The translations under genes were made by a program, and so were the position numbers. This document shows positions 1 through 8,432 of a stretch of 24,000 nt of DNA, in pieces. The notes beneath the pieces are model-generated. The model was given only the letters and a program-made list of their open reading frames with translations, searched no databases and was not told the DNA's origin. The stretch comes from Candidatus Woesearchaeota archaeon (GTDB taxonomy: Archaea > Nanobdellota > Nanobdellia > Woesearchaeales > UBA9642). Position 1 is the stretch's first letter, and each line of letters opens with the position of its first letter. The stretch is from positions 106,676-130,675 of the forward strand of contig BPGB01000004.1 of the NCBI GenBank assembly GCA_026002815.1. Reading direction: 5' to 3'.

Positions 1-435
1 ACTTCCTCTTCCAGATTTCCATGACTTAGAGTATGACGCACAAAATTCTGCAGCCTCAATAAGAGTTCTTTCAGGTATCTCTATTTCAGAAGGATTTTTT
101 ATAACTACAAAAGGGCTTCCAGGAAGTTCAGTATGAAATACTATATCAAATTTTTCTGTGTATTTTTTTATTATTATATCATTTGTTGTTGCGTCCCTAC
201 CACCTATTACTAGAAAATCGTCGCTTGAGATAAACCATCTGAATTTTTCATACCATTCTTTCTTTTTTATAATATTTTTCTTCTTTTCAGGTAATTTTAT
301 ATTTAATAGTTTTTGTTCACTTTTTTCTATTATTTCTTTTATTCCCGTTAATTTTTTTTTAAGCTTTTTTGCTTTATCAAAATAATCCCCAGCATTTTTT
401 TCCAATGATTTTGATAGATCTAAGCTTATTTCCAT
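1..435 (-). CDS. DUF814 / NFACT-R_1 domain protein (RQC Tae2/YloA-like); N-terminal 145 codons only, runs off the window start
   Basis: Absent from the ORF track because there is no stop in the window. Manual translation of the complement from the ATG at 435-433 gives 145 codons with no stop: MEISLDLSKSLEKNAGDYFDKAKKL...EWYEKFRWFISSDDFLVIGGRDATTNDIIIKKYTEKFDIVFHTELPGSPFVVIKNP. This matches the DUF814 core pattern (W-F-x-S-x-D...GGR-x-A-x-x-N...D-h-h-F-H...GS-x-h-V). A GGTG lies 7 nt upstream of the ATG. Confidence 0.7.
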   Translation of the reverse strand, partial: MEISLDLSKSLEKNAGDYFDKAKKLKKKLTGIKEIIEKSEQKLLNIKLPEKKKNIIKKKEWYEKFRWFISSDDFLVIGGRDATTNDIIIKKYTEKFDIVFHTELPGSPFVVIKNPSEIEIPERTLIEAAEFCASYSKSWKSGRGS

Positions 436-544
436 AATTAGCACCATTTTATATTATGAGTTATGTTTTATATTATTGTTTATTGTCATGTTTTATCAAT
501 GTCATAAGTATATTTGAGAAGAGATTTAAAAATTTAATTAGTTG

Positions 545-1018
545 TTAGTTGCATGATTTTATTGTTTCCTCTACAACTGCTGCATTAAAACAAGCCATTT
601 CTTTTCCAGAAGCAATTATTATTGGGATTAATTCACTCTTAAAGCTTTCTGCTTGATAATAATCAACACTTTTTATTATTGTCTTACCTGATTTAAGAGC
701 ACTATCTTCTATGTTTAGTTCCTCATGATTAAAATTAAGAGTAGTGATTCCTAGCCGTAAATATTTTATATCTACCGCGCCAGTGTTTTTTATCATCATA
801 TTTATCTTTCTATTTGCCTCATCATAGCAAAATAATTGCCTTCCATTTACAGTTTGTACTTCTAGCTTTACCTCGTTGCAATCTCCTACATTTGCTATAA
901 CGTCTTTTCCAATATTCATTATTAAAGTACCTATAGATACTGCAAAAGCTATCAACAACACCGTTGCTATTAATGGAGAAATGCCTTTTTTACCTCTTTT
1001 TAACATAATTTTAATCAT
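545..1018 (-). CDS. Archaeal type IV pilin-like protein with class III signal peptide (archaeal flagellin N-terminal-like domain)
   Basis: The N-terminus is MIKIMLKRGKKG|ISPLIATVLLIAFAVSIGTLI, a basic stretch plus KG followed by a hydrophobic helix. This is the classic PibD/FlaK-type prepilin peptidase substrate. A TTTAAATA box on the minus strand (1033-1026) sits ~26 nt upstream of the internal ATG at 1006, so the true (leaderless) start may be M5. Four Cys residues lie in the mature part. Confidence 0.8.
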   Translation of the reverse strand: MIKIMLKRGKKGISPLIATVLLIAFAVSIGTLIMNIGKDVIANVGDCNEVKLEVQTVNGRQLFCYDEANRKINMMIKNTGAVDIKYLRLGITTLNFNHEELNIEDSALKSGKTIIKSVDYYQAESFKSELIPIIIASGKEMACFNAAVVEETIKSCN

Positions 1019-1249
1019 TTGTTTTTATTTAAATATGTTTCTGTTATTAAATGTGTTTCTTTTATAAACTATGTTTCTGTTATTTATTTCTATTTTTTAA
1101 TATTTTTATGTTCTGTACTATGTTTTTTGGATGTATAATTGATTTAGTTTAGATTATAATCTGTTAGATTTATTATACTTATTATCTGTTTTAGATTGTT
1201 AGTTTCTATATTTTTTATTTTAATATATTTATTTACTTTTCTGCTGTTA

Positions 1250-1268
1250 TTTATAAAAATTTATAAAG
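1250..1268 (+). promoter_or_regulatory. Tandem archaeal TATA boxes (TTTATAAAAATTTATAAAG) for the acyltransferase gene
   Basis: The second TTTATAAAG is centred ~27 nt upstream of the ATG at 1291. This fits a leaderless archaeal transcript. Confidence 0.4.
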
Positions 1269-1290
1269 AATTGTTTTTTTTCATTCTTGA

Positions 1291-2271
1291 ATGATTAATG
1301 AAGAAAGTATAGACGTTAAGGTTCATAAAAGAATCCCATTAATATATGATATCGTTGAAAATATTGTGATGACTTTGTATAAGAAAACTTCAACAATTTA
1401 TACTGATATTCCTGATTCAACACTTAAGATTATCAATTCTGAAGCACCTAAATTATATGTTGGATTACACAAAAGTTTGTGGGAAACTATGGGAATACCT
1501 GTAGTTTTGAAAAGTAATAATGCAAAAGTGCCATATGTAGTTATAGGTAAAAATCTGGTTAAGGGCGTATCGAAATTTTTTATGCAATCAATAGGAGGTA
1601 TATATGTTGAACGTGCATCTAAAGAAAAATCAAGACAAAGCTATGCTAGTGCTCTAGAGATTAAAAAGAAAATAATACTGGCATTAGATATTGGATATGA
1701 TGTTTTAATATTTCCTACTGATGGAAGAACTAAAAATGGTCAAACCAATTTTTTCTATTCAACACCTTTCGATGCTGCTCTTTCGCTTTCAAGAAAGAAT
1801 CCGGTATATATAATTCCTGTAAATGTAGATTATGAAAAATTACCTGATATGCCAAGAATGTTAAAATCAATTGAAAAAGAAAAATCTTATACTTTTAGAA
1901 TATGGCATTTTTCAGATTGGTTAAAAAACCTAGGAACTGAGTATGTTAGCTTTGGTGAGCCTATATTGGTAGATTGTGGTTTTAATAGGAAGGAATTAAA
2001 CAGAATTGTATTAGAAAGAGCAAAGGGTTTAGTAAAAATACTGCCTGTTAATATTTATGCCGAGGCAGCAATACGTTTTAAAAAAAATAACGGAATATTT
2101 GAGAAACATGTAGAAAAAGTTCTTAAAGAATTAGATCCTCATAAAGAAAAATTTAGGGGATTTCGGGATTTAGAAGATATAATAAATAATTCTGGAATAA
2201 CACTTAATGATTCGGAACGAAAATATGTTATTTATTCAGGGTATATTTCTCATTATTTATATAACTCTTAA
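1291..2271 (+). CDS. GPAT/PlsB-like glycerolipid acyltransferase (LPLAT superfamily)
   Basis: All four GPAT blocks occur in order with PlsB-like spacing: I GLHKSLWETMG (H-x4-E instead of H-x4-D), II GGIYVER, III IFPTDGRTKNG (cf. FxEGGRSRTG), IV IIPVNVDYE. Confidence 0.7.
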   Translation: MINEESIDVKVHKRIPLIYDIVENIVMTLYKKTSTIYTDIPDSTLKIINSEAPKLYVGLHKSLWETMGIPVVLKSNNAKVPYVVIGKNLVKGVSKFFMQSIGGIYVERASKEKSRQSYASALEIKKKIILALDIGYDVLIFPTDGRTKNGQTNFFYSTPFDAALSLSRKNPVYIIPVNVDYEKLPDMPRMLKSIEKEKSYTFRIWHFSDWLKNLGTEYVSFGEPILVDCGFNRKELNRIVLERAKGLVKILPVNIYAEAAIRFKKNNGIFEKHVEKVLKELDPHKEKFRGFRDLEDIINNSGITLNDSERKYVIYSGYISHYLYNS

Positions 2272-2300
2272 TATTTTAAATATTTTTTAATATTAATGTT

Positions 2301-2333
2301 TAATGTATTTACATATTTTTAATGTATTTACAT
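2301..2333. repeat. Direct repeat TAATGTATTTACAT x2 (19-nt period)
   Basis: Identical 14-mers at 2301-2314 and 2320-2333. Confidence 0.9.
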
Positions 2334-2439
2334 TTATTCTTATATTTTAATGATGTACGTGCGTATTTATATTCAGTATATTTTTAAAGATTAAATTTAA
2401 AAACTTATTAGTAGAAACGATATCTTATCAACAATAAAA

Positions 2440-2477
2440 TATATGTTTCAGTAATATAAATTATATGTTTCAGTAAT
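2440..2477. repeat. Direct repeat TATATGTTTCAGTAAT x2 (22-nt period)
   Basis: Identical 16-mers at 2440-2455 and 2462-2477. Confidence 0.9.
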
Positions 2478-2620
2478 TTATTATTTAATATTATTGCTTA
2501 ATATTTACTGTTTTACGATAATTAACTTTTTTACAATATCATATGTTAAATAGTATAATAATATTTATAATGCAATTGTATTTACTTATAGTATATTTTA
2601 CTTATATTATATTTAAGTTA

Positions 2621-2680
2621 TTATATACCTATAATTTATAATATATACCTATCATTTATAATATATACCTATCATTTATA
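2621..2680. repeat. 20-bp tandem repeat x3 (ATATATACCTATCATTTATA)
   Basis: Units 2641-2660 and 2661-2680 are identical. Unit 2621-2640 differs at 2 positions. Confidence 0.95.
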
Positions 2681-2716
2681 AACCTGTTGCTTATACTAAG
2701 CCTGTTGTTTATATAA
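2681..2716. repeat. 18-bp imperfect tandem repeat x2 (AACCTGTTGCTTATACTA / AGCCTGTTGTTTATATAA)
   Basis: 14/18 identity by eye. It lies directly next to the 20-bp array. Confidence 0.8.
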
Positions 2717-2798
2717 TATTTATACATCTATTATTTATGTAATTTTTAATATACTTTTTATTTACGTGGTTTTTAATACTTATTTTAAGGGAGATATT

Positions 2799-3509
2799 AT
2801 GAGAAAAAGTTCATTAAAAAATTCGCTGAAGAAATCGCCTAAAAATTCAAGAAAAGTAGAATCTGATCCTGATAGTATTATGATTGTTTGTGCTCATTCT
2901 GACGATCAAATATTTGGTCCTGGAGGAACAATAGCAAAATATTCTAAAGAGGGAAAGAAGCTATTCACAATAATATTTTCTTATGGTCATATTTCTGCAC
3001 CTTTGTTAAAGAAAGAAGTAATAATATCTGCAAGAGTAAAAGAAGCGAAAGATGTAGATAAATTAATGGGTGGAACTGGCGTCGTTTTTCTTGGTCTAGA
3101 TGAAAATAAATTTATAGAGCAGTTTAGATCGAAAAAAATGTATCCTAAACTCAAAAAATTAATATTGGAAAAAAGACCTTCAAGAATATTTACTCATAGT
3201 CATGACGATCCTCATCCTGATCACAGGGCATTGAATAATTTATTGATGGAAACACTTGATAGGATGAGATATAAATGCGATGTTTATGCATTTGATATAT
3301 GGACTGTTTTTAATACAAAAAGAAGAAATTATCCTAAAATAGTTATAGATATCTCTGATACTTTTAAATTAAAGATAAAAGCTTTGAGAATGTTTGAGAG
3401 TCAAAAATTAAGTTTATTTTCATTAATGTGGTCTGTTTATTTGAAGGCATGGATTTTAGGTAAGAAAAATGGTTTTAAATATGCTGAGGCCTTTTATAAA
3501 ATAAGATAA
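2799..3509 (+). CDS. PIG-L / LmbE family N-acetylglucosaminyl deacetylase
   Basis: Family motifs are present: IVCAHSDDQIFGPGGT (AHPDDE-type) and HSHDDPHPDHRA (HPDH). The track ORF begins at GTG 2766. I prefer the ATG at 2799, which is preceded by AAGGGAGAT (SD-like). Confidence 0.85.
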   Translation: MRKSSLKNSLKKSPKNSRKVESDPDSIMIVCAHSDDQIFGPGGTIAKYSKEGKKLFTIIFSYGHISAPLLKKEVIISARVKEAKDVDKLMGGTGVVFLGLDENKFIEQFRSKKMYPKLKKLILEKRPSRIFTHSHDDPHPDHRALNNLLMETLDRMRYKCDVYAFDIWTVFNTKRRNYPKIVIDISDTFKLKIKALRMFESQKLSLFSLMWSVYLKAWILGKKNGFKYAEAFYKIR

Positions 3510-3627
3510 TTATTATTTTGACATAATTGTTATTTTAAGATAATCATTATTTATAATAGAACATAGGAATAAATAATTATAATATAAATAATATTTTTAT
3601 ATTATTAAAATGTTTTAGATTATTAAA

Positions 3628-4797
3628 ATGGGCGATATACAAAAAAGAAAAGTGCTTATAGCAACAGATAATTTTCTTCCTAGATGGGATGGTATAAGTA
3701 GATTCTTGTCAGAAATTATTCCAAGACTTAGTGAAAAATATGATATAACTGTTATCGCGCCGGATTTTGGTACCTACGAGGATCCCAATATAAAACTAAT
3801 AAAAATACCTGTTTTTAAATTCCTTAAAATCGGAGACTTCAACATTCCAAAATTTAAATCAAAAAGAATCAATGATGTCGTTAAAAATTCAGATATTGTT
3901 TTTTCCCAAACAATAGGTCCAATTGGCGCTTTAGCAATAAAAGCATCAAAAAGATATCATAAGCCAATAGTTTCCTTCATTCATAGCATAGAATGGGAAC
4001 TAGTTCCCAAAGCAATGAAAAGTAATTTTCTAAAAAAATATTCTAAAATAATAACCAAGAGGGTTGCAAAAAGATTATATAATAAGTGTGATTTATTAAT
4101 AATGCCATCTCAGAACGTAGTTGAACTCTTCATATGGAACAATATACGAACTAGAAACAAGGTTGTTAATCTTGGTGTAAATGTTGATAAATTTAAGCCA
4201 GCAGATGAATTTACAAGGATAGAGAAAAGAGAAAAAATCGGAATAGGAGATAAAGATATTGTAATAGGCTATCATGGAAGGATAAGTAGAGAGAAAGATC
4301 TAATAACTTTGCTCAGAGCATTTACTAGGATTCAGAATAACTATGATGATGTAAAACTTCTAATAGTAGGAGAAGGTTTAAAAGAGATTAAGGAACAATT
4401 ATCTTCAAGAAAAAACGTCATCTTAACAGGTCCTAAAAATGATCCAGTACCTTATCTTCAAGTTATGGATATATACTGTATAACCTCATTAACAGAAACA
4501 ACATGTTTAAGTCTTTTGGAAGCTATGAGTTGTGAAGTTGCGCCAATTAGCACTGAAGTAGGTTTCATAAAGTCATACATAAAGAATAATTTCAACGGAT
4601 TATTTTTTCAAAAACAAAACCCTTATCACTTGTCTAAACAAATTGAATATTTGATAAAAAATCCTGATATAAGAAGGAAAATTGCCAAAAATGCAAGAGC
4701 AACTGTTATAGAAAGATTTTCTTGGGATAACACGGCAAAAGGAATAATAGATGCTATAGAGTCAACAATAGAACTTTTCGAAAGTAAAAAGAATTAA
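3628..4797 (+). CDS. GT4-family (GT-B) glycosyltransferase
   Basis: The N-terminus KVLIATDNFLPRWDGISRF is the typical GT4 N-domain start. The C-domain carries GRISREKD...LLIVGEG...TSLTETTCLSLLEAMSCEVAPISTEVG (E-x7-E region). A TTTTTATATTA box lies ~27 nt upstream of the ATG. Confidence 0.85.
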   Translation: MGDIQKRKVLIATDNFLPRWDGISRFLSEIIPRLSEKYDITVIAPDFGTYEDPNIKLIKIPVFKFLKIGDFNIPKFKSKRINDVVKNSDIVFSQTIGPIGALAIKASKRYHKPIVSFIHSIEWELVPKAMKSNFLKKYSKIITKRVAKRLYNKCDLLIMPSQNVVELFIWNNIRTRNKVVNLGVNVDKFKPADEFTRIEKREKIGIGDKDIVIGYHGRISREKDLITLLRAFTRIQNNYDDVKLLIVGEGLKEIKEQLSSRKNVILTGPKNDPVPYLQVMDIYCITSLTETTCLSLLEAMSCEVAPISTEVGFIKSYIKNNFNGLFFQKQNPYHLSKQIEYLIKNPDIRRKIAKNARATVIERFSWDNTAKGIIDAIESTIELFESKKN

Positions 4798-4900
4798 AAA
4801 GATTATGTATAGAAAAATCCTGTATTAAATACACGTTATTATTCAATATTATATGTCGTAAATATATATTATTATATAATAAGTTCTTTATAAAATTATT

Positions 4901-5848
4901 TTATATTTTTAAACTAGTTACTTTAGAGATTCCATGTTCATTCATACTTACGCCATAAAGATTATCTGCTTCTGAGATTATTGCATCATTGTGGCTTATT
5001 ATTATATACTGTGCCTTGTTAGAATAACTCTTTATTAGTTTAGATAGTTGTTCAGAATTCTTTTTATCTAATGCAGCATCAACTTCGTCAAATATATAAA
5101 ATGGTGCAGGGCTATATTCTTGTACCGCGAATATAAATGCAATAGCGGCCATCGATTTTTCTCCACCTGATAATGATTTTATATCTAGGAATTTTGTTCC
5201 AGTTATTCTAACTTTAAGTTGTACTCCTCCATTAAATGGATCGTTAGTGTCTTCGAGTTCTAGGCTTGCTTCTCCTTTATTAGATAACGCGCCAAATATC
5301 ACTTTAAAATTATGATTGAGTATTTCATAAGTTTTCATGAACAATTCTTTCTTTTTGGAATCAATCTCATTAATCATTATAAGCACTGATTCTCTTTCTG
5401 TTTTTATTTTCTCTTTTTTCTCTATGAATGTTTTATACTCTTTTTCTATTACATCATAGATTTCAAGAGCCCTCATATTTACTGCACCAATATCAAGTAA
5501 TAGTTTCTCAAACTGTGCTATCTCTCTTAAGATCTCTGATTCTGGTTTATTATTGAATAGTTCTATTCCTTCGTATTGTTTAAATTCTTCCATCATTCCA
5601 GATAATTGTGCTCTTACTTCTGCAAGTTGAAGTGATAATATGTTCATTTTTTGTTCTATTGTTCTAGCATCTTCTTGTTTTTTACTAACTTCGGATTCTT
5701 GTTTTGCAATTTCTTCTGACAACTTGTTTCTTTTATTGAATAACTCTTTAAATTGTGCGAAGAATTTTGCCTCGGCTTTTTCTTTCTCTTCTAATATCTT
5801 TTGTTGTTCAGAAATCTTTTTTTGCAGCGTTGTTTTTTTCGTTTTCAA
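4901..5848 (-). CDS. smc: SMC chromosome segregation ATPase, C-terminal fragment (coiled coil, signature motif and Walker B head half)
   Basis: Contains LSGGEKSMAAIAFIFAVQEYSPAPFYIFDEVDAALD. The apparent start is a TTG inside the overlap with the upstream fragment, so this is not an independent gene. Confidence 0.9.
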   Translation of the reverse strand: MKTKKTTLQKKISEQQKILEEKEKAEAKFFAQFKELFNKRNKLSEEIAKQESEVSKKQEDARTIEQKMNILSLQLAEVRAQLSGMMEEFKQYEGIELFNNKPESEILREIAQFEKLLLDIGAVNMRALEIYDVIEKEYKTFIEKKEKIKTERESVLIMINEIDSKKKELFMKTYEILNHNFKVIFGALSNKGEASLELEDTNDPFNGGVQLKVRITGTKFLDIKSLSGGEKSMAAIAFIFAVQEYSPAPFYIFDEVDAALDKKNSEQLSKLIKSYSNKAQYIIISHNDAIISEADNLYGVSMNEHGISKVTSLKI

Positions 5849-8432
5849 AGTTTTGTTTGTCTTTGTCTTGCTGTTTAATTATCTTCTGTATATTATCTCT
5901 TTCTGGATTTAAAATATTTACTATTTGTGAATCATTATTTTTAATCTCTACTTTTATATTATTTATTTCTTCTTTTAATTGTTCTTTTTTTTGTTCAAAA
6001 GCGTTAAGTTCTGCTAGTAATGAGGGATTTCTTAACTCAGTTATTTTGTCTCTTAATTGTTGTTTTCTTATTTTTAGTTGCGCTAACTGTTTATTCTTTT
6101 CAGAAGTTTTTAATATTATTTTTTCTATTTCTTCTTCTATATTTTTTAATTGCTTATTTAATTCAGTTTTTTGTTTTTTGCTAATATCTAAATCGTTCGA
6201 ATCTATGTGTAATGTTTTCTCCATTGCTTGGATTTCTCCATCTAGAGTAGATTTTAATTCTCTAAGTCGCGCTATTAATTCTTCATTATCCTGTCTTTTT
6301 TGTTCTAAATTATTAATTATTTTTTGGTTGTCTTCTATTTCTTTATTGAGCTTATCTATATCATCACGTAATTCTTTTTCTTGGAATCCTAATCCTGTTT
6401 TTTGTCTGAAACCTCCCTGCATTGCACCACTTGTTTCTACTAAATCCCCTGTTATGGTTACCATACGATAATTTCCTATTCCTATTTTTCTTGCTGTTTC
6501 AATATCATCTACAACTAGTGTGTTTTCAAAAACGTAACTGAATATTTTTTCAAACTTAGGATCATAAGATATAAGGTCTATTGCGAGCCCCCTTATTCCC
6601 TTTCCTTTTATATTTCTTAGTTCAGATCTTATTTGCACACTTTTTATCTTATTTAAAGGAAGAAACGTTACTACTCCTAGCTTATTGTCTTTTAAGTATT
6701 TTATGCATTCAGAGGCAATCATATCATTTTCTACAACTATGCTCTTCAATCTTTGTCCAGCTGCAACCTCAAGAGCTAGGCTATACTCAGAATTCACTCT
6801 TCCTAATGAACTTACTAAACCATACACTCCTTCTTTTTTTAATTCCAGTATTTTCTGAACTGCAACTCCCGCTGCGACACTTTCTTTTAACGACATATCT
6901 TTTGCATTTAATTTTACGAGTTCTTCTTTACGACTCAATATTTTTGAACGTGCAGTATCTATTTGTGCAGCAAGGCTAGAATTTTCTGCTAATTCTTTAT
7001 TCAATTCTAATGTTATTTTTTTGAATTGTTCCTTCTTGTTTTTTAATTTTTCAATTTGTTCTTTATTATCTTTTTCTACTTTTAGTACATTTTTTATTGT
7101 TTCATCTATGTTTTTTATTAGTATCTCTGTTTTGTCTTTTTCTCTTAAAAGATTTTGTTGTTCCTCTCTCAATTTTTGTATTTCTTCATTTAAGGATTCT
7201 GCGTTTTTGTCTATATCTTCTATTTCCTTATCTATTTGACTTATATTGTTGAGATTGTTTTTTTCAGTAAATGATTTTATTTTACTTTCAACTTGTGATA
7301 ATTCCTTTTCTTTTTCTAGAATTATTTTTTCATATTCTTTGTTTTGTGATTGTAATTGTTTTATTTTTTCTGTTATTCCATCAAGGTTTTTTTCAAGTTG
7401 CAATCTTCTATCATTTATTTTGTTTATTTCCAAATCTATAGAGTTACTTCTTTGATTGCTTAGTGCAAGTTCTATTTTTAACCTTTCAACTTCTTTATGA
7501 ATCTCTACTTGTTCCTTTTCACCTTTTTCTTCTATTTCTTTGTTTATTTTTTCTATTTCTTTCTTTTTTTGTTCTATTGATTCTTTTATTTTATCTGTTT
7601 CTTCTTTTATTTTAGTTATTGATGAATTCCCATCTTCTATATCTTTTGTGAGTTTTTCTTTATCTATGGTCTTTGTTTTTATTTTATTGTTTAATATTGT
7701 TGCTTTGTTTTGTTTTATTTTATTGTTTAGGTCTTTGAATTTGAGTGCTTGATCTCTGTCTTTTTTTAGTTCTTGTAAGTGTGTTTTCCTCTCTGCAAGT
7801 ATTATTTCAACCTCGTTCATTTTTTCTTCGACTCTCTGAAGTTCTCTTAACGCTTTCTCTTTTTTTTCTTCATACACAGATAGTCCTGCTATTTGTTCTA
7901 TCATTTCTCTTCTTTGAACAGGACTCATTTCTATTAGATTTATTATCTCTCCTTGTAGAACTATATTGTATCCATCTGGATCTATTTTTGCTATTGCTAG
8001 TAGGTCAAGAACTTCTTGTCTTGTTTTTATTATGTCGTTTATTTTGTATTGGGATTGTCCGTTTTCTTTTATTATTCTTGTTATTTTTACTTCGTCAACA
8101 TATTCTTTGATGTTTTTTTTGGTTCTTGGTGGAGGACTTATTTGTGGAAATATTTTCGATGTATTATCAAAATATATGCTTACTTCTCCTTCTTTTGCTG
8201 GATTCTTGAGCTTTCCTCCATTATATATAAGATTAGAACTTTTCTCTGCACGCATCTCTTTGCTCGATCCTTTACCAAGTACAAAGCATAGAGCGTCCAT
8301 TACATTACTCTTCCCTGAACCGTTTGGTCCAAGAACACAGTTAAAACGCTCTCCAAATACTAGCTCTGTCTTGTTGGCGAATGATTTGAATCCTTTAATT
8401 TCTAGCTTTGTTATTCTTGTAAGTCTAGACAT
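5808..8432 (-). CDS. smc: SMC chromosome segregation ATPase, N-terminal fragment (Walker A head, coiled coil, hinge)
   Basis: Starts MSRLTRITKLEIKGFKSF...GPNGSGKSNVMDALCFVLG. The hinge reads GVYGLVSSLGRVNSEYSLALEVAAGQRL...VTFLPLNKI. It ends in a TGA at 5810-5808, 41 nt inside the next fragment. 874 + 315 aa minus the overlap gives ~1175 aa, a normal SMC length. Confidence 0.9.
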   Translation of the reverse strand: MSRLTRITKLEIKGFKSFANKTELVFGERFNCVLGPNGSGKSNVMDALCFVLGKGSSKEMRAEKSSNLIYNGGKLKNPAKEGEVSIYFDNTSKIFPQISPPPRTKKNIKEYVDEVKITRIIKENGQSQYKINDIIKTRQEVLDLLAIAKIDPDGYNIVLQGEIINLIEMSPVQRREMIEQIAGLSVYEEKKEKALRELQRVEEKMNEVEIILAERKTHLQELKKDRDQALKFKDLNNKIKQNKATILNNKIKTKTIDKEKLTKDIEDGNSSITKIKEETDKIKESIEQKKKEIEKINKEIEEKGEKEQVEIHKEVERLKIELALSNQRSNSIDLEINKINDRRLQLEKNLDGITEKIKQLQSQNKEYEKIILEKEKELSQVESKIKSFTEKNNLNNISQIDKEIEDIDKNAESLNEEIQKLREEQQNLLREKDKTEILIKNIDETIKNVLKVEKDNKEQIEKLKNKKEQFKKITLELNKELAENSSLAAQIDTARSKILSRKEELVKLNAKDMSLKESVAAGVAVQKILELKKEGVYGLVSSLGRVNSEYSLALEVAAGQRLKSIVVENDMIASECIKYLKDNKLGVVTFLPLNKIKSVQIRSELRNIKGKGIRGLAIDLISYDPKFEKIFSYVFENTLVVDDIETARKIGIGNYRMVTITGDLVETSGAMQGGFRQKTGLGFQEKELRDDIDKLNKEIEDNQKIINNLEQKRQDNEELIARLRELKSTLDGEIQAMEKTLHIDSNDLDISKKQKTELNKQLKNIEEEIEKIILKTSEKNKQLAQLKIRKQQLRDKITELRNPSLLAELNAFEQKKEQLKEEINNIKVEIKNNDSQIVNILNPERDNIQKIIKQQDKDKQNFENEKNNAAKKDF

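Noticed and set aside
158-1067. Plus-strand ORFs 158-385 and 876-1067.
   Set aside because: They are antisense to the DUF814 gene and the pilin-like gene respectively. Their F/I/S-rich translations are typical of reverse-strand artefacts in AT-rich DNA.
2621-2716. Possibility that the 20/21-bp tandem arrays (here and at 20794-20856) are CRISPR arrays.
   Set aside because: The units are contiguous with no spacers. There are only 2-3 copies, the sequence is pure A/T-rich, and no cas genes are present.
5825-5845. The A_AAA_AAC heptamer in the SMC overlap as a programmed -1 ribosomal frameshift site.
   Set aside because: The downstream SMC text is in the +1 frame relative to the upstream ORF, so a -1 slip would not restore it. 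I saw no downstream stimulatory structure.
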